Shown here one piece after another: positions 9,474 through 18,452 of a stretch of 64,000 nt of DNA (its first letter is position 1; each line of letters opens with the position of its first letter). The notes under the pieces are model-generated. The model did no database searches. It was not told the DNA's origin and saw only the letters and a program-made list of their open reading frames with translations. Source of the DNA: an uncultured Bacteriovoracaceae bacterium (GTDB lineage: Bacteria > Desulfobacterota > Desulfomonilia > UBA1062); the NCBI GenBank assembly GCA_964388905.1, contig CAYMDG010000001.1, forward strand, positions 7,686-71,685, written 5' to 3'. A program made the position numbers and the translations under genes.

Positions 9474-10811
9474 ATGGGTAAAAAATGCCTGATTATCTCA
9501 GTAACAGCCTTTCTCTTATTTTATGCCGTGACAGTCCGGGCTCAGGACAGCCTCGCACAAAGAATAAGTACTGAAAAACCCCTCGCAGGCGTGGATACAA
9601 CCTTTTGGATTGAATCATCTTTTCAGGTGAGCCCTGATGTAAGACATACGGCATATATCGCAAAGGCAGGGGATATGCGTTACATGGTCGTGGACGGAGT
9701 AAAGGGGAAGCAGTACGATGGCGTCGCAACAGGCCGGCATGTGTTCAGCCCTGACAGCAAGCGGGTGGCATATATGGCAGTTACCGGTGAAAAGCAATGT
9801 GTAGTTGTAGATGGAAAAGAGGAGAAGCGCTACGATGGCATCTCTGTAACAGGCCCGGTATTCAGCCCTGACAATAAGCACGTGGCATACACTGCCCGGA
9901 CGGGCACAAACTGGTTTGTGGTTCACGACGGCAAGGAGGGCAAACCCTATAACGGCATCATGGATGGAACCCCCGTGTTCAGCCAGGACAGCTTGCATGT
10001 GGCATATGCAGCTGAAGTGGACTCTTTGTTTGGAGGAAAGAAATGGCTGGTGGTTGTGGATGGGAAAGAGGGAAAGCCCTACAAGGGCATTGCTGCAAGC
10101 GGCCCGGTCTTCAGCCCTGACAGCGGGAAAGTTGCATATGCAGCTCTTGCAGGGAAGAAATGGCTGATGGTGGAAGATGGTGTTGAAGGAAAGCTCTACG
10201 ATGACATCAAGGCCGGATCATACGTTTTCAGCGCAGACAGCCGGCACCTGGCATATGTGGTAAAGGTGAACGAAAGATATTCGGATAAATACCGGGTTGT
10301 GCTGGATGGGAAAGAACTGAAACTCTATGACAGCATCGGTAAGGGCACCCTGGTTTTCAGCCCTGACAGCGCTCGGTTGGCCTATGTTGCGAGCACGGGA
10401 GACAAATATTTTGTCGTTGCGGATGGGACAGAGGATGAGAAGAAGTTCCAGATCATCGGCGCTGGCAGCCTGACGATAAGTGATGACGGCAGGCACATGG
10501 CGTATGAAGTGCGGGTAGACAAAAAGTTCTCCGTAGTGCTCGATGGCAAAATGGGGAAGCTGTACGACGGTATCACCCTGAATTCACTGGTATTCAGTCC
10601 TGGCAGCGCACACCTGGCGTATGTAGCTCAAACAGAAAACAAAGAGGTTGTGGTGGTCGATGGGGTAGAGGGCAAGTCCTATGACGCGCTTGTCACTACG
10701 GGAGGGGGAAGGATTGTGTTTGATGGCCCGCATGCCTTTCATTACATTGTACGGAAAAATAAAACCCAGTTCTCTCTCATTGAAGAGAGTATCCAGGGCG
10801 GAAAGGATTAG
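9474..10811 (+). CDS. Secreted WG/PD40-like repeat protein, a paralog of 5511..7019.
   Basis: Signal peptide (LIISVTAFLLFYAVTVRAQD). ~10 tandem repeats of VFSPDSK.VAY.A..G.K...VVDGKEGK.YDGI. Confidence 0.65.
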   Translation: MGKKCLIISVTAFLLFYAVTVRAQDSLAQRISTEKPLAGVDTTFWIESSFQVSPDVRHTAYIAKAGDMRYMVVDGVKGKQYDGVATGRHVFSPDSKRVAYMAVTGEKQCVVVDGKEEKRYDGISVTGPVFSPDNKHVAYTARTGTNWFVVHDGKEGKPYNGIMDGTPVFSQDSLHVAYAAEVDSLFGGKKWLVVVDGKEGKPYKGIAASGPVFSPDSGKVAYAALAGKKWLMVEDGVEGKLYDDIKAGSYVFSADSRHLAYVVKVNERYSDKYRVVLDGKELKLYDSIGKGTLVFSPDSARLAYVASTGDKYFVVADGTEDEKKFQIIGAGSLTISDDGRHMAYEVRVDKKFSVVLDGKMGKLYDGITLNSLVFSPGSAHLAYVAQTENKEVVVVDGVEGKSYDALVTTGGGRIVFDGPHAFHYIVRKNKTQFSLIEESIQGGKD

Positions 10812-10886
10812 AACCTGTTCATTGCAATGTGGGCCAGACAGGTAGGGCTTGTGTAATAAGCTTGATCGTGATGAGCTCGAATGAAA

Positions 10887-10916
10887 AGTGCCTGTGCACA
10901 ATATCGCACAGGCACT
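10887..10916. terminator. Stem-loop (11-bp stem), a candidate terminator mainly for the minus-strand gene 10943..11608.
   Basis: AGTGCCTGTGC-acaatatc-GCACAGGCACT. On the minus strand it is followed by TTTCAT. It sits between the stops of convergent genes. Confidence 0.4.
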
Positions 10917-10942
10917 GAAATGGTAATTTCTGGCATTAAACG

Positions 10943-11608
10943 TTATTCGCTTCTCATTCTGCTTCTGAATCCTAGAAGTCCTAATATTCCTGATCCCAGC
11001 ATAATGATTGCTGGTGGGATGGGCACAGCAGGAGAGTTCGGTAGTGTGTTGGGAGGGACATATCCCAGGGTAAGCCTGAGCCGCTCAGACTGCCCGTATG
11101 TGTTCCCCAGTGTTGTCCATGTATGTAGATCTCCATCAATGGCATTTGCCACTGTGTTGGGGATTGCATTGTCGCCCAGGGCTGCAAAGCTCGCAACATA
11201 ATGGGAATAATCCTTAAGGCCGCCCAGGAAGTTCAGTTGCATTTCACAAATGTTCATTCCACCGCCATATGGGGCCTGCCCCAGGAACTGTGCCTCAATT
11301 GTAACATATTCGCCGGCCGGATTGAATGTTCCGTCTCCGTTCGAGTAGAAGACATCGTACAATTCAGAGCCGGGAACCCCCCAGAAGTCGAAGTAGCTGC
11401 TTGTAAGGGTGCCGTTCAATCTGGTCAGGAGTTGTTCACTCTGTATGTCGAAGGTATACGCCTTGGGGCCGCTTAGTAAGTTTGTGCTCTCCCAGAAGGT
11501 TATCGAGTATAAAGACGGCTTTTCATAGAACGGGGCCGCAAAAGAGATGCTTGAGACGAATATGCCTGCGAGGATTATGGTGATGACAGATAGTTTGTAC
11601 AGCCTCAT
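10943..11608 (-). CDS. Secreted protein with a PEP-CTERM-like C-terminal sorting signal (variant PIPP motif).
   Basis: N-terminal signal peptide (LSVITIILAGIFVSSISFAA). The C-terminus VPIPPAIIMLGSGILGLLGFRSRMRSE has Pro motif, hydrophobic helix and Arg-rich tail. Strong RBS (CCAAGGAGGG) upstream. Confidence 0.55.
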   Translation of the reverse strand: MRLYKLSVITIILAGIFVSSISFAAPFYEKPSLYSITFWESTNLLSGPKAYTFDIQSEQLLTRLNGTLTSSYFDFWGVPGSELYDVFYSNGDGTFNPAGEYVTIEAQFLGQAPYGGGMNICEMQLNFLGGLKDYSHYVASFAALGDNAIPNTVANAIDGDLHTWTTLGNTYGQSERLRLTLGYVPPNTLPNSPAVPIPPAIIMLGSGILGLLGFRSRMRSE

Positions 11609-11894
11609 ACTAGTTCCCTCCTTGGTACGTTAAACTTGATGTCCGTCTTGAAACTGTCTCCGTTGAAGATATCTATCGGAGAACGGAGAAGGGAACTATA
11701 AACTATTAATATATAATATTAACAATGATATGCGTGATAGCTAACTGAAAGCGACTTTTCAACTCATTGAATCCTTTGACAGAAAATAGTCGGGCTTTTA
11801 TCATGTGCGGATATTAAAAAAATTACGCATCCCTCACCTGCCCATATTTTTAAAAGAAGAGGGTTCAGGATCCCTCACGGTAGGAATATGTCCA

Positions 11895-12659
11895 TCAAGG
11901 ATTAAAGGCCATCTTGAGCTCCTCGCTGTCCGGGTAGCTGATCAGAACGGCTCGGTGAGGGCCATGAAAAACGAACATGCTGCCGGCCCCGGCTGCGGAT
12001 GCACCGCCTTCCTTTACCGATGCTTCCAAATCTTTTACACTTCCAGCCCCCCCGGAAGCTATAACGGGAATATTTACGATGCTCGTAATGCGTCTGATGA
12101 GATCGATGTCATAGCCTTTCATGGTTCCGTCGCGGTCGATTGAGTTGATGACCAGCTCACCTGCACCCATCTTTTCCATGTTTCTTGCAAAGACCGCGGG
12201 ATCGAATCCGGTTGATTTTCTGCCGCTGTGGGTGAACACCTCATACTTACCCCACAGATTTTTCTTCACATCTATTGAGACGACCACACTCTGGGAACCC
12301 ACAAGCTGTGATACCTCGGCGACGAAGGCGGGGTTCTCCACCGCAAGTGTGTTGATCACGACCTTTTCCACGCCAAGACCAAGGATAATCCTGACCTGGT
12401 CAAGATTCCTGATCCCACCGCCGTAGCCGAAGGGCATGAAGGCTTCGGTAGCAATCTTTTCGAGCAATATATATGGCGGCTCTTTGCCATCTATGGTTGC
12501 AGTAATGTCGAGGAAGACAATCTCGTCCACTTCCTTTTCATTGAAGATCTTGACAATATTGATAGGATCGCCGAGGTATTTCGGGTCTTTGAACTTAACG
12601 GTCTTGACAAGGCCCTGGTTTTTCAGAAGCAGGAAGGGTATGGCCCGGGGCATGAACAT
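11895..12659 (-). CDS. hisF: Imidazole glycerol phosphate synthase cyclase-subunit paralog (HisF/WbuZ-like) of glycan clusters.
   Basis: Clear HisF-family similarity (GGGIRNLDQVRIILGLGVEKVVINTLAVENPAFV...IPVIASGGAGS). It is paired with a HisH-like gene and lies near a WbuX-like amidotransferase. Confidence 0.85.
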   Translation of the reverse strand: MFMPRAIPFLLLKNQGLVKTVKFKDPKYLGDPINIVKIFNEKEVDEIVFLDITATIDGKEPPYILLEKIATEAFMPFGYGGGIRNLDQVRIILGLGVEKVVINTLAVENPAFVAEVSQLVGSQSVVVSIDVKKNLWGKYEVFTHSGRKSTGFDPAVFARNMEKMGAGELVINSIDRDGTMKGYDIDLIRRITSIVNIPVIASGGAGSVKDLEASVKEGGASAAGAGSMFVFHGPHRAVLISYPDSEELKMAFNP

Positions 12660-13283
12660 CTATGAGTTTTCCCATTGAGCAAAGTTATTAAGAAGAAGCA
12701 TCCCGAACTTGTGGCTCTTCTCAGGATGGAACTGAACGCCCAGAATATTCTGTTTCATGATCGCAGAAGAAAAAGAAAAGCCGTACTCTGTCCGGGCCAG
12801 TACATTCTGTTCGTGTACGCATTCCACATAGTATGAGTGGACGAAATAGAATCGGTTCTCCTTCTCAAGGCCGGCAAATACAGGATGCACTTGAGATACC
12901 TTAAGGGTGTTCCAACCCATATGGGGTATCTTGAGATTCGCGGAATCGCCTTCGAACTTGAAACGGATGCTCTCTGCATCCACCCAGCCAAGGCCGGGCA
13001 ACCCGCCTTCGGCGCTGCGGTTACCCATGAGCTGCATGCCCAAGCACACACCCAAGATGGGTGTTTTGTTTTCGAGTACCTTCTCGTTCAATACCGGGAT
13101 CAATCCCCTATCACGGATGTTTTTCATCCCGGTGTCAAAAGCGCCCACACCTGGCAGTATAAGTTTATCGGCTTTTTTAATCTCAGATACCTCTGATGTC
13201 ACCTTGGTTTTCACGCCTGCCTTCTTGAGCATGTTGGCCATGGAGCCGAGGTTGCCGAGACCGTAATCAATGATGGTAATCAT
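12660..13283 (-). CDS. hisH: Glutamine amidotransferase HisH/WbuY-like subunit.
   Basis: MITIIDYGLGNLGS...ILPGVGAF, class-I GATase motifs with a catalytic Cys context (GVCLGMQLM). Immediately adjacent to the HisF-like gene. Confidence 0.85.
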   Translation of the reverse strand: MITIIDYGLGNLGSMANMLKKAGVKTKVTSEVSEIKKADKLILPGVGAFDTGMKNIRDRGLIPVLNEKVLENKTPILGVCLGMQLMGNRSAEGGLPGLGWVDAESIRFKFEGDSANLKIPHMGWNTLKVSQVHPVFAGLEKENRFYFVHSYYVECVHEQNVLARTEYGFSFSSAIMKQNILGVQFHPEKSHKFGMLLLNNFAQWENS

Positions 13284-13370
13284 GAACGTGCCTTACCATA
13301 ACAAATGTACCAGAGCCATGCCATGTTGGAGAGGTGTGATGTTGAAAGACATCGCAGAATGCACCAGGGC

Positions 13371-14840
13371 TTATAGGAAACGCTGTCTGATCGTGGCGGC
13401 ATAGTGCTTCAGGAAAAGGACATCATCGGGTTCAAGGCAATAACGATATATAGCTGAAAGAAGGGACACAAGTATGAATGTGCCCGCAGCATACCTGTTC
13501 ATGAAAAATGAGCTTATGGCAAATATTGCAATGGCAAGGGCTGCGAGGACGGTGATATGCAGATACCATCTCAAATCTATCCGGAAATTTATGAAACGGG
13601 GCATCAAACTTGTGAACAAAAGAGTTCCGAACACCATAGAGAATGTGGTTGACAGTGCGGCCCCAGTAATCCCCATCAACGGGATCAGGATTAACATCAC
13701 GACGATGCTGGCAATCGACGCTAAGAGATCAAGGAGGAAAGCGATATTAGGCCTGCCTATGCCTGCGTAGAGACCTCCGATGGGTGCGTTGATACTGCCC
13801 CTAATTACCCTTCCTATGAGCAGAATGTACAGCGGAAGGATGGAGGGGATGAACTTATCGCCAAACAGGAGTGTAACCATGGGGATCGCGAAAAAACCGA
13901 TTGCCAGTCCCAAGGGAATATTAATCATGGTTGAGTACTTCATGCTCTTGTCCAGCATAATGTGGAACTGCTTGGCATCTGGTTTTGCGAAGAGCTCCGA
14001 GGTGGCGGGGTAGGTAATCCTCTGGATTGCAGCGGGGATAAGGTTGAGGATCAGGCTCAAGGTAATGGCCACACTGTAGAAGCCAACATCGGTTTTGGTG
14101 AGAAAAAAACCAATAAGGATAATATCGATATTCGTAGCAACGACATTCATGACATCACTGCCAAAGAGGAGGCTTCCATATCTCAGCAGGATGCAGCCCT
14201 TCTCCTTGATACCGGCGATGTCAAATCTGAATAACTGTTTTGCAGATGCGAGCGATATCAGGCTTGAACATACCATGCTGAAAACGAGCCCATAGATGGC
14301 TCCATTGAGGCCAAACCCCATACCTACGAGCACAATGGTGAACAGGATCATAGAGAGGCTCTGCAGCATGATCAGAGATGAGAAACGCCTCATCTTTCTC
14401 AATCCGTTCACAAGGGCGGCGGATGACTGGAAGATCGATGTAAAAGGGAAGATGATGGAAAGGATCTTGAGGAGACCTGCAAGCTCCGGCATATGGAAAA
14501 TCCTGGAAAATACTCCGGAGAGGATATACATTACAACACTTACAACAAGCCCAAAGAACATGGAACTCAGGATGCCGGTGGTTATATACTGGTTGAGATT
14601 TTTGTGATCGTCTAGATATTCGGCAGAAAACTTGATGATGGATGAGGGGATGCCGAAAGTAGCAGCCATAGCTGTCATGGAATAAATAGTAATGACCATC
14701 TGATAAAGGCCGAGATCCGATGCCCCGAGCCAGCGGGCGAGAAAGATCCTGAGGATGAAGCTTATGGGTATGGTGATAATTGAGCTGGCAAAGGCCCAGC
14801 TGACATCAATGGCGAATTTCCTAGCCTTAGGAGTAGTCAT
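13371..14840 (-). CDS. Wzx-like polysaccharide/oligosaccharide flippase (MOP superfamily).
   Basis: ~490 aa with 12-14 predicted TM helices. N-terminal pattern typical of the Polysacc_synt family (AIDVSWAFASSIITIPISFILRIFLARWLGASDLGLYQMV). Confidence 0.75.
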   Translation of the reverse strand: MTTPKARKFAIDVSWAFASSIITIPISFILRIFLARWLGASDLGLYQMVITIYSMTAMAATFGIPSSIIKFSAEYLDDHKNLNQYITTGILSSMFFGLVVSVVMYILSGVFSRIFHMPELAGLLKILSIIFPFTSIFQSSAALVNGLRKMRRFSSLIMLQSLSMILFTIVLVGMGFGLNGAIYGLVFSMVCSSLISLASAKQLFRFDIAGIKEKGCILLRYGSLLFGSDVMNVVATNIDIILIGFFLTKTDVGFYSVAITLSLILNLIPAAIQRITYPATSELFAKPDAKQFHIMLDKSMKYSTMINIPLGLAIGFFAIPMVTLLFGDKFIPSILPLYILLIGRVIRGSINAPIGGLYAGIGRPNIAFLLDLLASIASIVVMLILIPLMGITGAALSTTFSMVFGTLLFTSLMPRFINFRIDLRWYLHITVLAALAIAIFAISSFFMNRYAAGTFILVSLLSAIYRYCLEPDDVLFLKHYAATIRQRFL

Positions 14841-14903
14841 GGATGGCGGGATGTAAGTGTTTCAGATCTGAAGATTATCATTATGAAATTTGCTGAGTTC
14901 ACT

Positions 14904-15995
14904 TCAGGACTCAAAGATCTTTTTCCATAACTCTATGGATTTCTCTTCAGAGAACTCTCTTTTAATAATTTCCCTGTTTCTTTTACTGACTAAAGGATCG
15001 AATGCAAACAAGTCTTCCTGATTGTTGTTCAATAAGTCGACGGTGTCAAAGACCTTAACGCCCATTTTATCAAACAGATTGTAACTTACCGTACTTCTTC
15101 TGACATAGACCTTTTTCCCAAGATAGAGCAAAGCGATTATATTGCCCAATGCTTCTTGTCTAGGATGATTCATGATGGCAACGTCCACGGTCTTTAGTAA
15201 ATCAGCGTAGGCCTCAGGTTTCAGCAATTCAAATATCGGTATGAATCTCTCACCCAACACCATTTTCCCATACTCGGACACTTTAGCTGCATATTCCTGG
15301 TTGCCGTAAGACAATGGACATATTACCTTGAATGAATTATTTGACGTTTTTAACCAATCCAGAACTTCATGGTGTTGATTTGAAGATGAGGCAGCATGTC
15401 CCAGCAAGATAGTCTTTACGGGTGCATTGCCGCGTGATGCAGCTAGAGAATCCAGCATAGCGGTGTTCACGACGTTTGGATAGAATGCATAATGATATGT
15501 TGCTTTTGTGCGATACCATTTTTTTGCGAGTTCATAATCGTCTTTTACGAGACAAATTATATTGGGCATCATCCTTAGATGAAGTGATCGATATGCCTTG
15601 AAGAGATTGAATAACACATATGGCTTGATATTGAGATTGTGAAAATATAGGTCATGGCCCCAAATAACCCAGTATGTTCGCCTTTTAAAAAATGGAATGA
15701 GAGTCAGGATGGGATTGATGATGTTTATTACTTTTACGCCATGAATGAAAACCTTGTCAGCGATCCAGAGCGCTTGTATTAACCTGATATAATTTTGAAA
15801 TAAATTATGAGATCTTCCTAATACGAACAGATTTTCTTTGTTTCGGACTGCTGTGCTTAGATTCCTGCCGCTGCAAGTAAAACAATAAAGGTGCTTGAAA
15901 GTGTCTGAAAGCTCTTCATCCAACAGGGTTACATATTTTTCTGCAAAGAGCATATCATCACCAAGAATATGTAATAAAACCAATTTATTCTGCAT
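14904..15995 (-). CDS. wecF: WecF/RffT-like GT56 4-alpha-L-fucosyltransferase family (TDP-Fuc4NAc:lipid-linked acceptor transferase-like).
   Basis: Aligns to E. coli WecF landmarks: KLVLLHILGDD (MTVLIHVLGSD), YWVIWGHDLY (FWHIWGADLY), KTILLGHAASSSNQHHEVL (MTILVGNSGDRSNEHIAAL). Similar length (~360 aa). Confidence 0.7.
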   Translation of the reverse strand: MQNKLVLLHILGDDMLFAEKYVTLLDEELSDTFKHLYCFTCSGRNLSTAVRNKENLFVLGRSHNLFQNYIRLIQALWIADKVFIHGVKVINIINPILTLIPFFKRRTYWVIWGHDLYFHNLNIKPYVLFNLFKAYRSLHLRMMPNIICLVKDDYELAKKWYRTKATYHYAFYPNVVNTAMLDSLAASRGNAPVKTILLGHAASSSNQHHEVLDWLKTSNNSFKVICPLSYGNQEYAAKVSEYGKMVLGERFIPIFELLKPEAYADLLKTVDVAIMNHPRQEALGNIIALLYLGKKVYVRRSTVSYNLFDKMGVKVFDTVDLLNNNQEDLFAFDPLVSKRNREIIKREFSEEKSIELWKKIFES

Positions 15996-16077
15996 GAGAA
16001 GGGTTAAATCACTTGTATTGTCATCTTTCCGATGTGCAACAATGGCCTGGAGACGACCTGGATGATATCTTTAAGGC

Positions 16078-17283
16078 TCATATCTTTTTCCGGACATCCA
16101 TTTCATGGAGCATCGGAGGAGTCCATGGCAGAGCGAGTTTCAAAACAAGACGGACCAGGGGGAGCAGTTTCTGGAAAATGGGGTAATAAGAGGGGTAATC
16201 GTGAAATGTCTTGGGAGGAAGAGCCATTATATGTAAGAATTCTTCATGGGTCAGATTGAGTTTCTTGGTAACATATTCAAGGTCTTCATCAAGTTTATCT
16301 TTGGTATAGGGTTCTTCTTGAAGCTTTTTCAGTCCTTCTTCACGAGAGATTTCCCCGGAACGAACCAGGGCTGAGTGGGTTATGATCCTTTTATCGATGC
16401 CGAATTTCTTGGGCAGGATGTAGGAATAAGCAAACCTGGTATATATAGACTCATAATGGTGCCCCCCGTAGTATTGCCATTCGAGCTCCCTTTCCAGCAG
16501 TTCTCTTGCCCGGTCCTTATGATAATCGATGTAATTCAGTATCCTGAGCAGTTTGATGCCTCGTATGACGCTATAATATGCGAAGAGCGGCAGCGTGAGA
16601 TTGGGAAAAGTCTTTATGGGTTTTGTCCCGTACTTTTTCTGCACATGTTTGATGGTCCTCCCATCACTGTACGTCCACTCCGTGGGCATCTTGCCCTCTG
16701 TCCTGAAGTTGTTCCCGACGATTACAGACTTAATCCCGTGTTCCGCGGCAGTCCGGTAAAGTATGGAGGTGATAGCGATATCAGTGGGGGCATCAGGCCA
16801 GGGAAGGGATGCATAGAGAAAGGAGCGGAGGATATCACTGAACTCCTCCCAATCGACGATGTAAGTTATCAGATCAACATCAAGCTTTGACACAACCTTC
16901 TTGATGTTGTCATTTGCTATCAGAGAGGTCCATCCATTGTCGAAATTCACAGCAAGGGGCCTGAGACCCAGCTTCTTCACAAGATAGAGAAGGTAAGTGC
17001 TGTCGGTGCCTCCGCTTACCCCTACTACACAATCATATTGCTTGCCTTTCCCGGTTTTCTTTATCTGACCGACCAGTGCGTTCAGTGTCTTTTCCCCTTC
17101 TTTACCTATCTGCCAGGTGCCTTCGAGGATTTTATGGAGCTTGCAATAATTGCAGACCCCCTCCTCATCAAACAAAACTCCGGGGACAGTTGAATCTATG
17201 AGGCATTTCGTACATACTCTATGTTCAGTCAACTTGCTGCTCCTTGTACTCATAAATGATGATGGATGAAATCGATCATCCAT
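16078..17283 (-). CDS. N-acetyl sugar amidotransferase (WbuX/WbpG family), PP-loop ATPase.
   Basis: N-terminal Cys-rich region (CTKCLIDSTVPGV..CNYCK) and a PP-loop SGGTDS motif (VVGVSGGTDSTYLLYL). Family members act with HisH/HisF paralogs to form acetamidino sugars. Confidence 0.75.
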   Translation of the reverse strand: MDDRFHPSSFMSTRSSKLTEHRVCTKCLIDSTVPGVLFDEEGVCNYCKLHKILEGTWQIGKEGEKTLNALVGQIKKTGKGKQYDCVVGVSGGTDSTYLLYLVKKLGLRPLAVNFDNGWTSLIANDNIKKVVSKLDVDLITYIVDWEEFSDILRSFLYASLPWPDAPTDIAITSILYRTAAEHGIKSVIVGNNFRTEGKMPTEWTYSDGRTIKHVQKKYGTKPIKTFPNLTLPLFAYYSVIRGIKLLRILNYIDYHKDRARELLERELEWQYYGGHHYESIYTRFAYSYILPKKFGIDKRIITHSALVRSGEISREEGLKKLQEEPYTKDKLDEDLEYVTKKLNLTHEEFLHIMALPPKTFHDYPSYYPIFQKLLPLVRLVLKLALPWTPPMLHEMDVRKKI

Positions 17284-18263
17284 CGATTAAGGTCTTTTTT
17301 GTCAGACAGCAAACACGTTCTTCTCTCCTGCCAAATCCCTTCAGTTTCCGGATTCTCGAGTACGGACTTTACGGTCTGGATGACTACATGCTTCTGGATG
17401 GGCAGGATGCCGAAAGCCAGTTTGTATCTATTCTCCAATTCCGTGATTACCGTGCTCTTCCCCACAAAGGTGTTTACTCTTATGGCAGGGATGCCAAGTA
17501 CCGAGCCCTCGATGGTCATAGTCTGGGAATCCGATATGATCATTTTGGAGAATGCCAGGATATGATGCATATCCCATGGTTCTATAGCATGCGATTTCTG
17601 ATTTTCAATTGATTTAATTATCTGATATCCCTTCAGGAGGCCTTCCATATCACGCCACAGATCCTGAGTGATTCCTGCCGCACCGACATCGTGATGGGCC
17701 TTCAGTGCAGAGAACCGGGCAACGACATATTCTCTTTTTCTCAGGCCATATTTACGTAAAACAGTTTCATCATGCCTGAAATTGTCCGGGTGGAGATAGG
17801 CAAGCTCGTGATATGAGGGGTAGAGAACCCGCTTATTCCGCCAGCGTGAAAAAGAGATGCAGTCGGGATTAATGATCCTGTCTGCAAAAGGATATGAAAG
17901 ATATGAGAACAACGGTACCACGTCATCATCATCCTCATTGAAAACGAGCGATTTTTTGCCGATTAACCTCCCAACGTGGGTGATATTGACTGAAGTACCA
18001 ATGAGGAGATCCGGTTTTGTTGCGAGACAGATGTGATACATCCGGATATCACGGATGAGCAGCTCAAGGGCAAGCCCAGGGGTGTCATATCGGGGCTCTG
18101 TAAGCGGGTAGTAAGGCAGATGCTCATGATCCAGGAGATCAATCAAGACATCTTTTTTCCTCGTGGTAATGATAATCCTGTGCCCTTTTCCCTGCAGATC
18201 CTGCATGGCATTTTTAAAAAGGTGGAAATGCGCCGGGTGACTGATATCGAATAATATATTCAT
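17250..18263 (-). CDS. DUF354-family protein (GT-B-like, found in glycan clusters).
   Basis: N-terminal MNILFDISHPAHFHLFKNAM resembles the DUF354 start (MKIWIDIsnPpHvhfFk). ~340 aa. Overlaps the upstream gene by 34 bp. Confidence 0.5.
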   Translation of the reverse strand: MNILFDISHPAHFHLFKNAMQDLQGKGHRIIITTRKKDVLIDLLDHEHLPYYPLTEPRYDTPGLALELLIRDIRMYHICLATKPDLLIGTSVNITHVGRLIGKKSLVFNEDDDDVVPLFSYLSYPFADRIINPDCISFSRWRNKRVLYPSYHELAYLHPDNFRHDETVLRKYGLRKREYVVARFSALKAHHDVGAAGITQDLWRDMEGLLKGYQIIKSIENQKSHAIEPWDMHHILAFSKMIISDSQTMTIEGSVLGIPAIRVNTFVGKSTVITELENRYKLAFGILPIQKHVVIQTVKSVLENPETEGIWQERRTCLLSDKKDLNRWMIDFIHHHL

Positions 18264-18452
18264 ACCTGGTCCTCATGGGTAAATGAGGCCTTGCTACCGG
18301 TTCGAATACCCGTCATATATTCCTTCCATGCCTGGAGAGGGTTATCAGATAAGTCCCAGCGCCACTGTATTTTAGGGGTTCGGCTATTTTCATCAGCAGT
18401 TTCTCGTTGATATACCACAACGAGTATGCAATCTCTTCCACATGGGCTATCT

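Noticed and set aside
16032-16890. Plus-strand ORFs 16032..16259 and 16375..16890
   Set aside because: They are antisense to the strongly supported WbuX-like amidotransferase gene, with no independent support.
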